Below are positions 36,076 through 50,000 of a DNA stretch of 64,000 nucleotides, in pieces. The position numbers and the translations under genes are program-made. This DNA comes from Lama glama (lineage: Eukaryota): assembly GCA_028534125.1 (NCBI GenBank), contig CM052851.1, positions 15,066,001 through 15,130,000 of the forward strand, in the 5' to 3' direction. The notes beneath the pieces are model-generated. The model searched no databases, was not told the DNA's origin, and saw nothing but the letters and a program-made list of their open reading frames with translations. How positions within the stretch are numbered: the stretch's first letter is position 1; each line of letters starts with the position of its first letter.

Positions 36076-38649
36076 CCTGCCGGTCGTGGAGCTCCCTGGA
36101 GAGAAGACAGAAGGCAGGTAGGTCAGTGCAAGGTGGGACCTGGCCAGGGTCAGGGAAGAGATCTGCTGGCCCCACATCATCCCAGGTCACCCTCCCAACA
36201 ACCTCATGAGGTAGGCACCAACATCAGGTCCTGTTTTAGGGACCCTGAGGCCCAGAGATGTTAGATTACTGACCCAAAGTCATACAGTGGGGTGTGGGCT
36301 GCACTTAGGGTCTGGGTCAGCCACTCCACTAGGGCAGGGCCTGGAGAGAAATAATGGAGACCCTCAGCCTCCCTGAGGCCAGACAACCCAGGAATGACCA
36401 TGGCCAGCCCTCAGAACTTGTGGGACCACGGAAGCCAGAGTAGGCAGCTGGGGCCGAGACAGTTGGCCTGGGACAGCTGCGTGGGCAGAGCTGGGCTCAG
36501 GGGAGGGGGAAGCAGGCACCAGACCCCGTCAGGTTCCCACCGCCCTGTGGAGGTTAGGGGACAGTGGGAGGGAGAAGCAGGCCGCAGAGCAGAGGGAGCA
36601 GAGGGCCCGAGGCAGGGCTTCACCCTTCTTCCTCTTGCAAGGGTGAAAGGCAGTCCTAAGTCTCATGACCTACCTCTGTCCATACAGAGGTTCCCCCCCA
36701 CCACTTCTCTGGGCAGAAAAACAGTCTCCTAACATCTTGGCCAAGTGGGAGCTCGGCTTCAACTTTCTACACCTCCAGTGACCGGGGGAGAGGGGTTAAT
36801 GGGGAGATTTGAGCACAAAGTGAAGCAAAACTGTCCAAACAGGGAAAAAAAAGATTGTCTGGGTGGTAGGGAGCGCCCTGTCACAAGTGGCATGGAAGCA
36901 AAGTCTAAATAGACTTATGGGGAATTCAAGAGCTACATGGGGAGATTAGACTGAACGCTTTTCCAGGCTACCAGGGTCCAAAGCCTGGGTCAGAGAAATA
37001 TGGGGACAGCAGTGACTCAGAGCTAGGGAAGTCCAGCCTCAGCAACTCCACCTGGGGCCTCCCCCAGACCCAGAGGGGGAGAACACAAGGGCTCCCCCGT
37101 GTCAGGAGAACCGAGATCTGAGATCCCCAACCCAGGCCTGCCCCAGTAAGGCCTGCTGGGGACGGTCCACATGAAGGAGAGCTATTGTTTCCTCTCTCCC
37201 CTCCCAGCCCAGCGCCTGACAACCACAGAACAAAACAGCAGGAGAGAAAAGATTTTCTCACCAAGGGCAGCATGTTTTTCTTTCCTTCCACTGGCCTGCT
37301 TGAGTCTCCCCTGAGTAAGAGGGGCTGCCCCAGGCTCAGTCCCAAGCAGCCTATAGATAAGTCATCACTTCACCAGAAGAACGCCATCACTACGTGCGAG
37401 TGGAGCGGCAGGAGCAGTGGTGCTGACCGCATTCTTGTGAAATTGGAGAAGTGTGGAACCAGTCCTTTGGCAACGGATGCTGGCCTGCACTGTTGCACAG
37501 TTCTAGAGAGTCCGGGAAGGGAGTTTCTCCACTTTCCGGCTCCCACAACCTCTGCTCTGGCTGGGTCTCCAGGGCCACCTGGCAGCGTTGGGGGTGTTCC
37601 AAAGGGACAGTTTTTAGACAAGAGTGGAAAGCTGGCCTCCTCATAAACAGCACCTATTCTGGGTGGCCATTGGCATCTGTCCTTCCCTTTAATCCTCACG
37701 ACTTGCCCAGAAGGTGAGGGGGTCCTCCTGTCTCAGGGAGCAGGATGGGTCGGGCTCAGAAAGGGGCAGTCACTTGCCCAAGTTACACAGCTCGCTAAGC
37801 AGTGGTAGCTCCGCTGCCCAAGATCCTTCCACTGTGAGTGCTACCTTCCGAGGAGTGGCCATGACTGCGATAAGGGGTCTTTGGGGATGGGGAGGATTCC
37901 GTCGTCCAAGTAGGTGGTGAGCACCAAGGTCACTGCTCATTCAAAGGAGCTCTGGTTTGGCTGCTGGGCTGGTATCCCCAATATTCCCCAGGCAACCTCT
38001 TGTCACTCACACAGATTGTGCTAGGAGTTGGGCAAAGCCTTTCAGCATCTTATGAACAAACTCAGGCCCAGAGGGGTGAAGGAGCTTGACCAAAGTCACG
38101 GGTACATGGACCAGCAAGAACAGAACCCAGGCTGCCTGGCCCCTTAGGTCACCCCATCGTCTCTGGGAGGCAGCTGGGTGGGTTCAGGTGCTGAAATAGC
38201 CCATGACTGGCAGGTAGGTTGGCCAATAGGGGCAGGCCCAGAGACTACCTGGGAATGACCCGACGGAGGAGAAGGGGCTAAGAATCAGAGCTCAGAGTGG
38301 GCGGCTCCTGTTGGCCAAGATCCAGGATCCAATTTCCTTCTGCCTGACAAGTGTAGACATTTCCCTCTCGCAGCAACAGGGAGCAGGAGATGAACACATT
38401 CTCCACACTCGGCAGAAGATGGGCAGTTCCCTGGAGGGCAGGGCGTCAGCTAAGGCTGGGGACATGCCCAGGTGGCCCCGTGATGGAGGGGCATCAACTT
38501 CAGGAAGCCCACAACCACCACCAAGCCCCAAGGAGACCCCCAGATTGCATTCAGAGGGCCTGGGGTTATACCAGCTCTGCTCGCCCACGCTGAGGGGTCT
38601 GATCCTCAGCTTCTTCATCAATGAGATAAGAATAAGGGTTGGCGTAGGG

Positions 38650-38961
38650 CAGGAATTGGCCAACTAGGGCCTATGGACCAAATCCAACCCACCACCAATA
38701 TTTTGTACAGCTTGCCAGCTAAGAACAGATTTTACATTTTTTAATAGTTGGGAAAAAATAAAAAGAATATTTTGTAACACATGAAATTCAAATAAATAAA
38801 TAAAGTTGAATTGGCACCAGCCACGCCCACGGTTTATGTACTGTCCACTGCGGCTACCACAGGCCATGGTGGAGCAGGGCAGCTGTGACAGAGACCGCTG
38901 GCCCACAAAGCCAAAAACATTTATTACCTGGCCATGGATGGAGAAAGTTTGCCGGTCCCTG
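38650..38961 (+). mobile_element. MER58B-like hAT-Charlie transposon
   Basis: caggaattggccaacta...ccaaatcc...agctaagaa...aataaagtt..attgg..cagccacgccc...ggcccacaaagcc...aaagtttgccggtccctg; about 310 bp with inverted termini. Confidence 0.8.
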
Positions 38962-39809
38962 GTGCCAGGGACCAGATGGTGTACACACAAGTGTCTGTAA
39001 GAAGCAGCAAGATTAGAGCTGTCCTTAGCTTGGGATCTCAAGGGAGAGTGAGCTGAGTGGCAAGAACTGAACAGAAGGAACTGAATAGTCAGGAGGGAGA
39101 AGATACAGACAAGGGTTCAGTTCCTAGCTCTGCCAATGCAGGGCCACAGAGAAAAGACTTCGGGGCCTCGCTTCCCGATTGAACCCCATGTTATAAAGAA
39201 AAGTGAGGTTGGCGCCTGGCATGGTCGGGCTTGATGAGCTGGAGCTGCGTAAGCCTCTGTACGAGCACTTGTGGAAGAAGCGAGGGGTGAGTGTTTCATT
39301 TGCAGATGAAATTAAACAGAATGTCTCCCAGTGTTATGCTTTCCTGTCTACACTTTCTGTAAACACTAGAAGGTCTGCCCATGCTCTCCTTAGAGGAGGT
39401 CTTGACAGCCACAAAACAAGGTTATGAGATGCAAGCACATCTTCTTTGGAAAATTCTGGAATAATCACCCACAGCTGTGTGAGCAGTAGGAAGGAGGTGC
39501 TGAATTTATGTTACACTTTATAACTGGTAGACTGACCATTTATGTCTAAGCAACTACAATTTAAATTGACCAAATATATAATGTTATGCCAAATCAGTTT
39601 GTACAATGAAATTATTATGCTACTAATATTTTACTAACTCCTGCTCATCCTTCAATACTCACCTCAAACATCTACCTCCCCCAGGGAACCCCCTACTCCA
39701 GTCATCCTTGTCACAACAGCGAGTGCCACACCCTCCCCGCCAACACACATGCTGGTTCAGGGCACTCCTCTGCTTCCTTCCAATCGCGCTGGATACTGGA
39801 GCAGCTCCC

Positions 39810-40030
39810 ACCACAGGCTCTGGCATCAGACTGCCTGGGTTTGAATGTTGTTCTATCACCTCTTAGCTGTGTGACCTTGGACAGGTGACTTAACCTCTCT
39901 GACCCTCACCTTACTCATTTGTGAGAAGACAAAAATAAAACTTATTTGGCAGATTTGCCCAGAGATTAAATTAAATAATATGGGTTAATGCCTGGCAGAA
40001 GGTAGGCTTTCAACAAATCAAGGTTACTAT
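39810..40030 (+). mobile_element. MIR inserted into an L2 relic (about 39640-40170)
   Basis: ggctctggcatcagactgcctgggtttgaa...agctgtgtgaccttggacaggtgacttaacctctctg, with L2-like sequence on both sides. Confidence 0.75.
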
Positions 40031-40169
40031 TATAACATGTAATGCTGTACAGTAATTTTTCACTCATTTGTCCGTCTCCCCCTGTGGACTGCAATACCTT
40101 GAAATGAAAGATTGTGTAGTATTTATGAGGTCAAAGTAGACTCCCAACAAATTTTGCCGAATGAAAGAC

Positions 40170-40385
40170 TGGATGGATAGAGGGAGGGAAGATGGGAAGA
40201 AGGATGCAGGGATAGATGCATGAATGGATGGATAGATGGATGGATGGAAGGATGGAGGGAGGGACGGATGAGCAGATGGACATAGGGATAGATGGGCGAT
40301 GGAAGGATGGATGGAGGGAAGGAGGGATGGATGGATGGATGGATGGATGGATGAGTAGATAAAGGGATGGAGGGATGGATGGAGA
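40170..40385. repeat. Degenerate (TGGA)n/(GGGA)n simple repeat
   Basis: Seen directly; it extends from an L2 tail. Confidence 0.92.
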
Positions 40386-41429
40386 GGTGAAGGGGAGGGG
40401 GAGGAACTTCCACCTAGAATGCCAGGACTTTCAGATGCTCAGCCATTTGAAGGAAGTCTGAGATCCACTGTCCCTGAGTCAGCGGAGACTCATTTTCAGT
40501 CCTCTTCTGTCCTTCCCCAAAGGGTAGGGTATGGAATGTGTAGGGTAAGCACTCAGAAGCAACCAACTGCCAAGACTCCCTCACTTTCCCCAGAGCCCCG
40601 GAGCTTAGAAGGTAGGACTAGGGAGGAACACGTGTCTTCAAGAGAACCCCATCTCTACGATGGGCCCCTGTGAGTTCACACCTGTGGAGTAGGAGGTTTG
40701 ATTTATCCCTCACCTGAGGATGGGGAGGAGCCCTCAAGTCTCACCCTAGAACCTGGAAGTCCCCTGATAGCCTTGGGGAAGCAAGCAGTGCAGCTATGCG
40801 GCACCTCTAGACCCAGAATCAGAAGTTCAGGCTTAGCACCTGCTCTACTTAGCACCTAGGACCAGTGACTGCCCCCCTCCCCCGGGCCTGCCTCCTCAAA
40901 AGTCGAATGAAAGGCTGAGACCAAGAGCAGTGTTTGCCAGAGTAGTTCTTCCAAATACAAGTTCTAGAACACATGCCATTAAGAACAAGCCTTTACTATC
41001 ACTGGGTCTGTGGAGTGTCAGTTCTCCCCAACACTCACTGTACATTAGGCTATTAGCGCTTCCAAGACACCCACAGTAAACACTGCTGACTTAAAAGCAT
41101 TTTTCACTCAACAGCCCTAACACCACATGGAATACATCTTAGGAAACGCTAAGCCAAATGCTCCTGAAGGTCCCCTGGGAGCCGGGTCTCTGGGACTCAG
41201 AGCTGCAGGATTCAGAGGAGGGAGGAGATGGATGGTCCTTCAACCACTAGCTGGCTCAGACCCGACACCCAAAAGCCACGCTCGGGGCTCTTCCTCATTC
41301 TCCTCATCCCACAGCCCAAATGCATCTCCTCCGATCCACCACCTCTCCCAGCCCCATGCCTCACCTCCCACCTGGACCCATGCAACTCCCTGGCTGGTCA
41401 TGGGTTCCACTCCTGCCTTTCTCAACCCG

Positions 41430-42140
41430 TTATTCACACTGCAGGAAGGGCTTTTTGAAAAATGTAAACTAGATCTTGTCACTCCCCTGCCTGCAACCCT
41501 CCAATGGTGATGGAGCCAACATGCTTGCTATAAAATCCAGGCTCTTATGTGGCTGGCATGGCCCTGCCCATTTTGCCTGGCTTCCCCTGGGTCTTTAGCA
41601 CCTCCATCTTCCCCATCACACATTCATTCCTAAGGCCACAAAGGCCGCTCTTTCCAGTTGTTCCATATACCAGACCCTTGCCCACCTGAGTGCCTTTGTC
41701 CTTGCTGTTCTTCTGCCAGGAGCTTTTCCCCCAAAGCCCCCAGCTGGCTCCTTCCCTCCCCGTAGGCAGGCTGTTATTCCTCCCAGATGCCCTCCCTGAA
41801 TACCCGATCTACACAGCAGACCTCCAGTCCAGCTGTGCACTAGAATCACAACATGCCAATGCGCAGGCCCCTGTCCCTACCCCGATCAAGCCATCAGACC
41901 CTTATAGGGGCAGGGAGGGCTCCCCTGGTGACTCTAGAGACCAGCATCTTCAACATCTGGGCCTATACACGGCCCTGCTCACTGCAGTCATCTTATTGGT
42001 CCCCTAGTGTGCCCAGAGCCCAGTTAGAATATGGTTCCTCATGGGACGGGCTGTGTCTGTCTCATTCGCCCTGTACGCCAGAGCCTAGAACTGTGCCTAT
42101 CACATAGTAAGCACTCACTGTGTATCTGCAGGAAGAAGGA
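41430..42140 (+). mobile_element. L2 relic
   Basis: aaaatgtaaactagatcttgtcactcccctgc...gcctttgtccttgctgttcttctgcc...agcctagaactgtgcctatcacatagtaagcactca. Confidence 0.7.
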
Positions 42141-45100
42141 AAGGAAAGGGGGAGGGTCTGAGGAGGTCAGGAAAGGTTTCTTAGAGGAGACAAGACAAAC
42201 TGCTTTGATCTTGCAATGGGAAGTTTCTGGTCCTTAGAAATACCATTGTTGGCTTGTGTGGATGGGGTTGCTTCCTCCAAGAGTAGATTTTAATCCCCTT
42301 TGGGTCGGAAAAGGCTGATGGAAGCTGTAAGCCCTCTCCCTAGAAAGATGTACGCAGATCGGCAGGCACATGTTTTCATTCGGTTTCAGGGGGTCACTAA
42401 CCCTGGAAAGCCAGGAGGTCCTTACTTTCCCCATCTCCCGATTGCTTTAGAGCAGTGGCCCCCAGTCTTGGCAGTATGTTAGAATTAGCCCAGGAGCTCG
42501 AAAGCTTGTAGGAAGGACCACATCTGTTGGCCTCATCAGCCATACTGAAGGAACACCCTTGCTGGTGCCTGCCCTGAGATTCTGATTTAATTGGTCTGGG
42601 GTGAAGCCTCAGCATCAGGGTTTTTTTTTTTTTTTAAGTTTTCCAGGGACTTCTTCTTTTTAAAAATAATTTGAAAGCTTTATTTCTCCCCACAATTAGC
42701 AGATGGATTTCATGTTAGTTCAACCAGAAGTTTTCTTCCTATAGTTGCTGTAAGCTTTCCAGGGAATTCTAATGAGTTGAGACCCCAGCAGGGCCTGGTC
42801 CCTCTGGTCTGAGTGGGATGCAGGCAGGTCTGGGGTCCCTGGTACAGCAGGTCCTGGATGGGGAGTATCTCATATGAACCTCCCTGTACCTCCGCTCCAC
42901 CCTGCACTTCCTGGAGGCACATTCCTGGGGTCATTGACCCTAGAGCAATATCCGCCGTACAGAAGAAGACTTCTGAGATCCTTGCATTTCTCAGAGGGGT
43001 CAGAGAGAGCACGAGCCCACAGACGACGCAGCAAGATCGGGGCTGAGCACGCAGTGGAGGACTTGGAGATTCCTGGTCCAGAGCTCTTTTCTTTCCATCT
43101 GCTGCTCTGCCCCAGCTCACCAGGCCTTCTGCATAGAAATTTAAGGGGAACTGGACTCAGAGGCACACAGCAGCCCTTGGTTCCCACCTATCAGCCACAT
43201 AACCTGGGGAAATGCTGCAGAGCTGCCTCCCACCCACCCCACATGGGTGTGAAGGTGAACTGTAATCCACGCTGGCTCGCACTCTCCCTGCCCGAAGATG
43301 CCTCATCTGCTACATCTTATCAGCTGTGTGTGGCCTTGGGCAATTACCTCAGCCCTGTGCCTCAGCTTTCCCACCTGCAAAATGGACTTAATAATGGGTT
43401 ATGGTGAGGCTGACATGAGTCAGTATTTATAAAGTGCCTGGCACCTAGTAAGTGTCAAATAAAAGTCACCAATTACGATAATGATGATTATCATCCAGAG
43501 GTTGTTGATTTCCTGACCAACAGTCCGAAGCCCTGTAGGGCACTTGCCTCTAGATATTTGCCTGGTCTGGAGGCCTCTGCTGCTCTCAGGCAAGGGGGAC
43601 GGGGTGAAGCAGGGCGGGGCTGGGCCACTAAGGAAGAAGGGCCTCTGCCCTCCACAGGGGCAGGGCCTCTGTCTCCAAGCCTCTCGGCTGTGCCTTAGGG
43701 GCCTGCCTGAGGCCTGGCCGTCCAGCCAGTTTGGTGAGTTGGACAACTAATCCCGTGGAGCTCAGTCAGTCTGCTTGGACAGAAAATAGAATGAGAGCCT
43801 GGCCGGGCTGTTGTGCTCTGCAAGGCCGCCCGTCAGGAGGCGCTCCACCTGCAAGCTGGTTGGTGGCCACCCGGCTCTGGACTTTGTCCTGACTGCCCAT
43901 GAAGAGAGGCTGGTCACAGGCAGTTGTGTTTGTTTTCACGTGTGACAGGTGATGTGCTTCCTGAAACCTGTACTGACTCCAGGGGCTGGCTTTTTGACCT
44001 CCCTACTATCTTATTTTTCAATCTCTGGTCTTACCTTTCCTCTTGTTAAAACAGAAAAATAAAAATAAAAAGCTGTTACCCTGAGCAACCGGAAGAAATC
44101 AGGAGGCTACAAAACATGATTAGAATCTCACATTTCCTTTAAGACTTAGATTTGAATCCCAGCGCTGCGGTGTGACCTTGAGCAAGGGAGTTACTAAACC
44201 TCTCAGCCCAGAGTCTCATCTCTACCACAGGGATACTGGCAGGATGCTCTGTCTCACAGGGTTGTTGGAGGGCTGTGATAAGGCATGTAAAGATTTTGGG
44301 GGCACTGTCAGTTTCTTACAACACAAGTGAGCAAACCCCATCACCAGCACCATCATGGGCTGGAAGAAACACGTTAGGATCAGACCTTCTCAGGAATCCC
44401 AGGATTTCAGCGCACAAGGCCTCCTATTTGTCTTACAGAAGCTGAACTGGAGGAGCCATAAACAGCTCCTGTCACAAGATCCCATGAGCAGTGTAGTGAC
44501 AACACTTTTTGGTTTGTATCATGCCATCCCCACTGTCTCTCATTTAATCTCTATAACAATGCTGCCCCAGCCACGGAGATACTATTATCCCCATTTAACA
44601 GATGAAGAAACTGAGACTCCGGTTCAGTGACTTGCCTAAGGTCTGACTTGAGACCAGAGCTCCTTTTGCTTCACCTGCTGCCAAGTCAATGAGGTAGATG
44701 GTAGAGCCCACCCACCCCACCCTTCCGCACCTCTGCATGCCTGCCTGACTCCCTATCCTGCCCTAGCTCTGAGAACTGACTCTTGGCTTCCTGTCAGGAA
44801 GGAAAAGATCAGCCCTACCAATCCTGGCCAGGGTGTTCCTTCAGTATGGCTGATGAGGCCAACAGATGTGGTCTTTCCTACAAGGCTTTGCTCTGAAACC
44901 CAAGCAATGAGACCAGAGGGCCTTCAGCATAAAGAAGGGGCCACTCTGATGGAGGGTGCCACATGGAAAAGAGCAGACACTACAAACCTTCCAGCCTCCC
45001 CACCTGGCCCAGTGCAGCCAAAGACTAAAGTTGAGGCTGAGCCATAGCCTTGGACCACCCCCTCTCCATGGCTTCTTTTCCTGATTGCTTTTTGCAGGCT

Positions 45101-46769
45101 GCTTGGGCCCCATGCAAGCCCTACTCTCTCCCCACACTAGGTTCTAAGCCTCATGCATTCAGATTCACATTACTAGAAAGGCTTTTGACATCACCGACTT
45201 AGTTCCCATTTCTCAGATGAAGAGACTGAGACCCAGAAAGGACCATGAATCCCTACCCTTCTGGGGAGTATGTGTGTGTGCAGTGTACACAGAGCAGGGA
45301 GGGAATTGGTTAGAGCCATCAGTGCTTCCCAACCTGTTTCACATCATGATACATGTAGAGAAGTATACATATTTGTCCAGCAGTCTGGGGTGGACAGACA
45401 GGACTGTGCCTGGTCTGAGGTGACCCACCCAGGGCTCTGTTCCCAAGGACTAAGGTGATAACCAATCATCTCAACACATCTGTAACTCATTTGGGCACAT
45501 CAGTTGGGAAGCCCTGAATTAGAGGGATATTTAGGACTATATGAGAGGCTACCCAGGAGCCCCAGAGTCTAGGGACCCTAACAATAGGACCCAGATTCCC
45601 AGATGGGCTCTAAGGAGTCAGTTACCTTCTGAGGACCCCTCTCCAGCCCCATGGTGGGAGGGAAAATAATGAACCAGGTCATAGTGTGGACTTTGAATTG
45701 AGAGAGACCTCGATTCCAATCCCATTTCACAGAACTGTGTGATCTCTGGCAAGCTGCCTACCACCCTGAGCCTCAGTGTCCTTATCTGTGAAATGGGGAT
45801 ATCAAGCCTTGTCCAGGAAGGTGACAGAATCAGCTTGTCAAAACTTAGGAAGCAAGCATGACAGGCAGGAGTCTCTGGGAGGAGGTCTTGTTAGGCAAAG
45901 AGTTCCCTCCTTACATGGCAGGAGGAGGGTATGCATAGATTGACCCTTGAGATGTGGGACACAAACTGCCCCAGGAAGGTTACTGTCACCCGTGAACTTG
46001 AAACATGTCAGGCAGAGGGAGGCCTGATGAAATGAATGTTTATAAAAGCGTCCCCATAGGAGCGATGTTTTGCTAATCTTATCTCATTTAATCCCTACCA
46101 CCCTGCCAGGTGGAGAACATGGCTCCATCATCCTCCTTTTATAAGGAGGGTTTCTGGGGCTCAGGAAGGGGTTGGTCACACAGAGGACAGTGGTCCAGCT
46201 GTCCTCTGTGCTCCAGACCACGAAGCATTCTCACGTGGGGTCAGGAAAGCCCAGCATCAAAGCGCATGGAATTGGAGCAACCAGGAGCGGGGCCAGGTGT
46301 CTGTAGACACAACAAACACATGGGCCCTTCGGAACGCTTACCCTACACCAGCCAGCTGGGACAGTGGTGGATGCAGAGAGCCAGGCTGAAGGGGATGTGA
46401 GTGAACCCAGGCCTAACCCTCAGAGGCAACCTCAAAGGGGGCAGCACGCTTCTCCCCAGAATGGCTCATGGGTCAGAAGGCCTGAAGGGCTGCCTTCCCA
46501 GGGGCTCCCAGTGGCCATCTCTGTTTCATTTCCATCCTGAGCCCATGCAGTTCATTAAACCCCCACTCTGATGGGCCCCGAGCTGGACACAGAAAGTGAG
46601 GGGAATGAAACCCATCCCCGCCCTCAGGAAGTCCTGTCTGAAGGAGAACAGACATATATAAAAATGAGCGGTTACACACCAGGGTCATCACAAAGCTGCA
46701 CGGTGATCCCACCCAGCCTCCTGCGCTCCCTCTGCGGGATAGGACGGGCTCTTTAGAACGTAGCCTACA

Positions 46770-47010
46770 GTATTCAATAATAACAGAAGCTAACATTTTT
46801 GCAGTTACCATTTGCCAGACTTTGTGCTAAGTGCTTCACACGGCTCAGCTTATCCTTGCAATGACCTTATGAGGTAAGCACTGTTTTTAACCCCATTTTA
46901 CAGTTGAAGAAACTGAGACGCAGGGTGGCGGAGGGACCTGCCCAAGGTTACACAGATCATAGAGCTGGGAATTGAACCCCAACAGCCTGACCCGGAGCCT
47001 CTGTGCGTTA
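46770..47010 (-). mobile_element. MIR SINE
   Basis: ccccattttacagttgaagaaactgagacgcag...gcccaaggttacacag...gagctgggaattgaacccaa. One of many further MIR fragments not listed individually. Confidence 0.8.
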
Positions 47011-50000
47011 CTGTCATGCTGCGCTGCCTGCAGGACTGAGGTTACAACTAATAGGTGACTAAATAAACTCGCCAAGGCCCAACTGACATCAATTGGGTTT
47101 CACAGCCCAGCCTCCAAACCCAACCAATTGAAGACACTCTGGAGAGTCACTAGGCACCAGGGACCAGCTCACACACCCATCTCAGGGCCTGGCCACCTGG
47201 GGGCAGGCGTCTAACAAAGGGTTAACCTCTCAGTCAGGGCTGTGGTTCCTAAGGGATGAAGGCTGGGTGCTGAGTGTGGGGAGGCTGGGCACTGGGTGTG
47301 GGCCCTTGGCAGGGTGATTAGGGAGAAGGAGGGGGACTCTAATCAGGGACCTCACATGGCAGCAGTCATAGCACACCCTCCTCAGGCGCTGGGCCCAGGA
47401 AGGAAGACGTGGAGCAGACGAGCTGCCACCTCCTCCAAGCAGCCTTCCCAGAGCATTCTCCTGCACAGATGCTCACAGAGCACCAGCTGGCAGCCCTAAA
47501 TATTTCCGGATGAGTAGTTACGGTGGGTGTGGGACTCATGTGGGTTCAAACCCTGGCTCTGACCACCCCTCACTGCCACTTAGCTTTTCTGAGCCTCAGT
47601 TACCTCACTTGTAAAATGGGCTAATCCTTCCTACATCCAGGCTGTAGCACTCAGCACCTTCTCAGGCCTAAGAGCTATTTTGGCTTTAGGGATATTTGAC
47701 GGAAGAGAGACAGAGAAAGAAAGGGAGGCGAGTGAGACACAGTAAAGGCCACGTGCTGCACACACAGGTAACAGGATGCCCTCTCTCATGGGTCCTGGGG
47801 GAAAACACAGAGGAGATGGGGGAAGGGAGGAGGGCAGGGGCAGGTCTCTAACGCCAGGAATTTGGAGGTGGAGGGTTGGGGTGGAAGGGGGTCTTCCACC
47901 TGAGACCCCGCTAGAGGCCACTCAGCCCAGGGGTAGAAAAGAGCAGGGCAGGGCCTCTGGGGCCTCCCCTTCCCCGCCATCCTTCAGTCCCTCCTCCTCG
48001 CTTGTCCCCTCCCTTCTGTATATGTCCCTCTCTCTGTCAGAGGACTCCTCTGAGCCTTCCCCTCTGCCGGTCTCCCCCTGTTTCTGAGACCAGCGCTCAA
48101 GTCTCTCCCTCTCCCCATGTCCCGAGGGCCTCTAAGCATCCAGAGTGTCCAAGGCACTCACCCTGGACAAGGCCCTGGGCACCTTGTTCCAGGGAGGAGC
48201 AGTCCAGGGGGACCCGTTTCTACAGTCAACTGCAGGGATCCAGGCCCTCCGAGGCTGTGAAGAAGGGCTGTACCTCCCACAGGGCAGGCAGAGCCCAAGC
48301 CCCCAGTTCCCAGAAAAGGGGGGAGGTGGCCATTTAAGCCTGGCCTGGCAACCCAGACACCTGGAAGCTGGGGCAGGAAATTGGGCAACAGGAGCTCAGC
48401 ACAGCCTGTCTGGGCTCCCGGTTCAGGGCTCTCGGGCCTCTTGGGTCCTCTGGGCTGGCTGAGGAGCGGGGCCTGGGTAGACTGGACTCAGCCAGGGTGG
48501 TCTTGGGCGTTAGCACCTGCTAGACCCTCCAGAGATGCTCTGGCTTCAGAAGTGCTTGGAGGGTGGGCAGAGGAAGACTGGTGGGGGAGGGAGTATTGGT
48601 CGGGAGGGAGGTGAAAAGAGAGGCAGGGAAGAGCGGGGAGGGGAGAGAGAGAGGCAGAGGCAGAGATAGGGAAAGACAGAGAATGGAAAGGTGAGAAGGA
48701 CAGACAGATCACAGGTGGTGGGAGCCCCCCCTGCAGCCAGGGCTCCAATCCACAGACCCGCTCTGGTCTCCATGGGAAGCCCCCAGGGAAGCCTAAGGCA
48801 AAATCCAACCAGGAGCGCAGGCCTTGCTGGCCCAGGCAGGACCTCACCCTGGCTTCCAGCCCAGCTCTGCCTCCCAGACTACTGCACATGCCCACCCTCA
48901 CCCTCTACTGTAGCCAAGAGCCTTGCCTCTCCTTATAGCCTCCTGGATGGACCAGCCGCCCTCTAGGTCTTACCCACACTGCCCTCCCCCAACCAGCCAT
49001 AAACCATGGCCCATCCCCTCCCCAGCCCATTCTTCTCAGCCGTGGCCTCCCTCAGATTCTGGGAGCGCCAGGTGGTACCTGGACAGAACCCCCCAACACA
49101 CACACATATCTCGTGGGGATTCCTGAGCAGGCTGGGTCTTTATCACCAGAAAGGGTGCTGAAGCCATTCACGGGCCCCAGGGGAGCTGAGGAGGGAGAGG
49201 GACTGGACCACAGCCAACATCACCTAAGCCAGAATGAGCACCCAGGTCCCAGATGGCCCCATGGAATTCCCCCAGCTACAGCCCTCAGAGCCCTGGGGAG
49301 GAAAGGCAAAAGCCCAGCCAGTTCCATACTATCTCACTCCTCCTCTGCAAACTTCAGCTTCCCTGTCTCTGCAGTGGGGATGCTCCCTCTGCCAGCCCCT
49401 AAAGTGGGGTCCTGCCACCCCAATCCTGGAGACAGAGGACTCCGCCGCCTCACCTCTCAACCTACGTCCTGCCCCCAATTCCAGGAGCACACCTGTCAAA
49501 TTTTAGCCAAGAATTTGAGCACCCACTGAGATGAGCACCCACGGGGGATGAATAGAGAGGTTATGAGTCCCCACTGCGGACCTTGAAAAGTCTTTTTCGC
49601 TCTGGGATAACAACAGTCCATTCCTACCTACAGGGAAGTGTGAGCTTTGAGGACTGAAAACGCTCAAGCACAATAAAGAGAAGTATGGTGATTATTATCA
49701 TAGTGAGAAGGTTCCGGGCCACATGGAGTTGGGAGGAGGGGGTGCACAGACAGACAGAAAGGGAAAGGAAAAGTGCTTGAGACTACTGGAAGGGGTCTGT
49801 GCCCCCAGTGAGCCTCAGGGGCCAGGCCTGGGGTTCCAGTTCTCAGCACAGGGACCTCTGGTGACACCACCTCGATCTCTGTCAGGCAGGACTTCGGACC
49901 TGGGCTGGCTCCCCTGGCTGCACAGGAAGAAAGGAGCCCAGAGAGATGGTGACACAGCACACCAGGCCCAGAGGCAAAAGCACACCAGCCTGCTGAGCCT

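Noticed and set aside
36096-36180. In-frame upstream ATGs extending the CD82 N-terminus (MMWGQQ...)
   Set aside because: They lie upstream of a strong splice acceptor and are therefore intronic; the ATG at 36075 has an optimal Kozak context.
40123-40413. ORF with HPSI repeats
   Set aside because: Translation of the (TGGA)n simple repeat.
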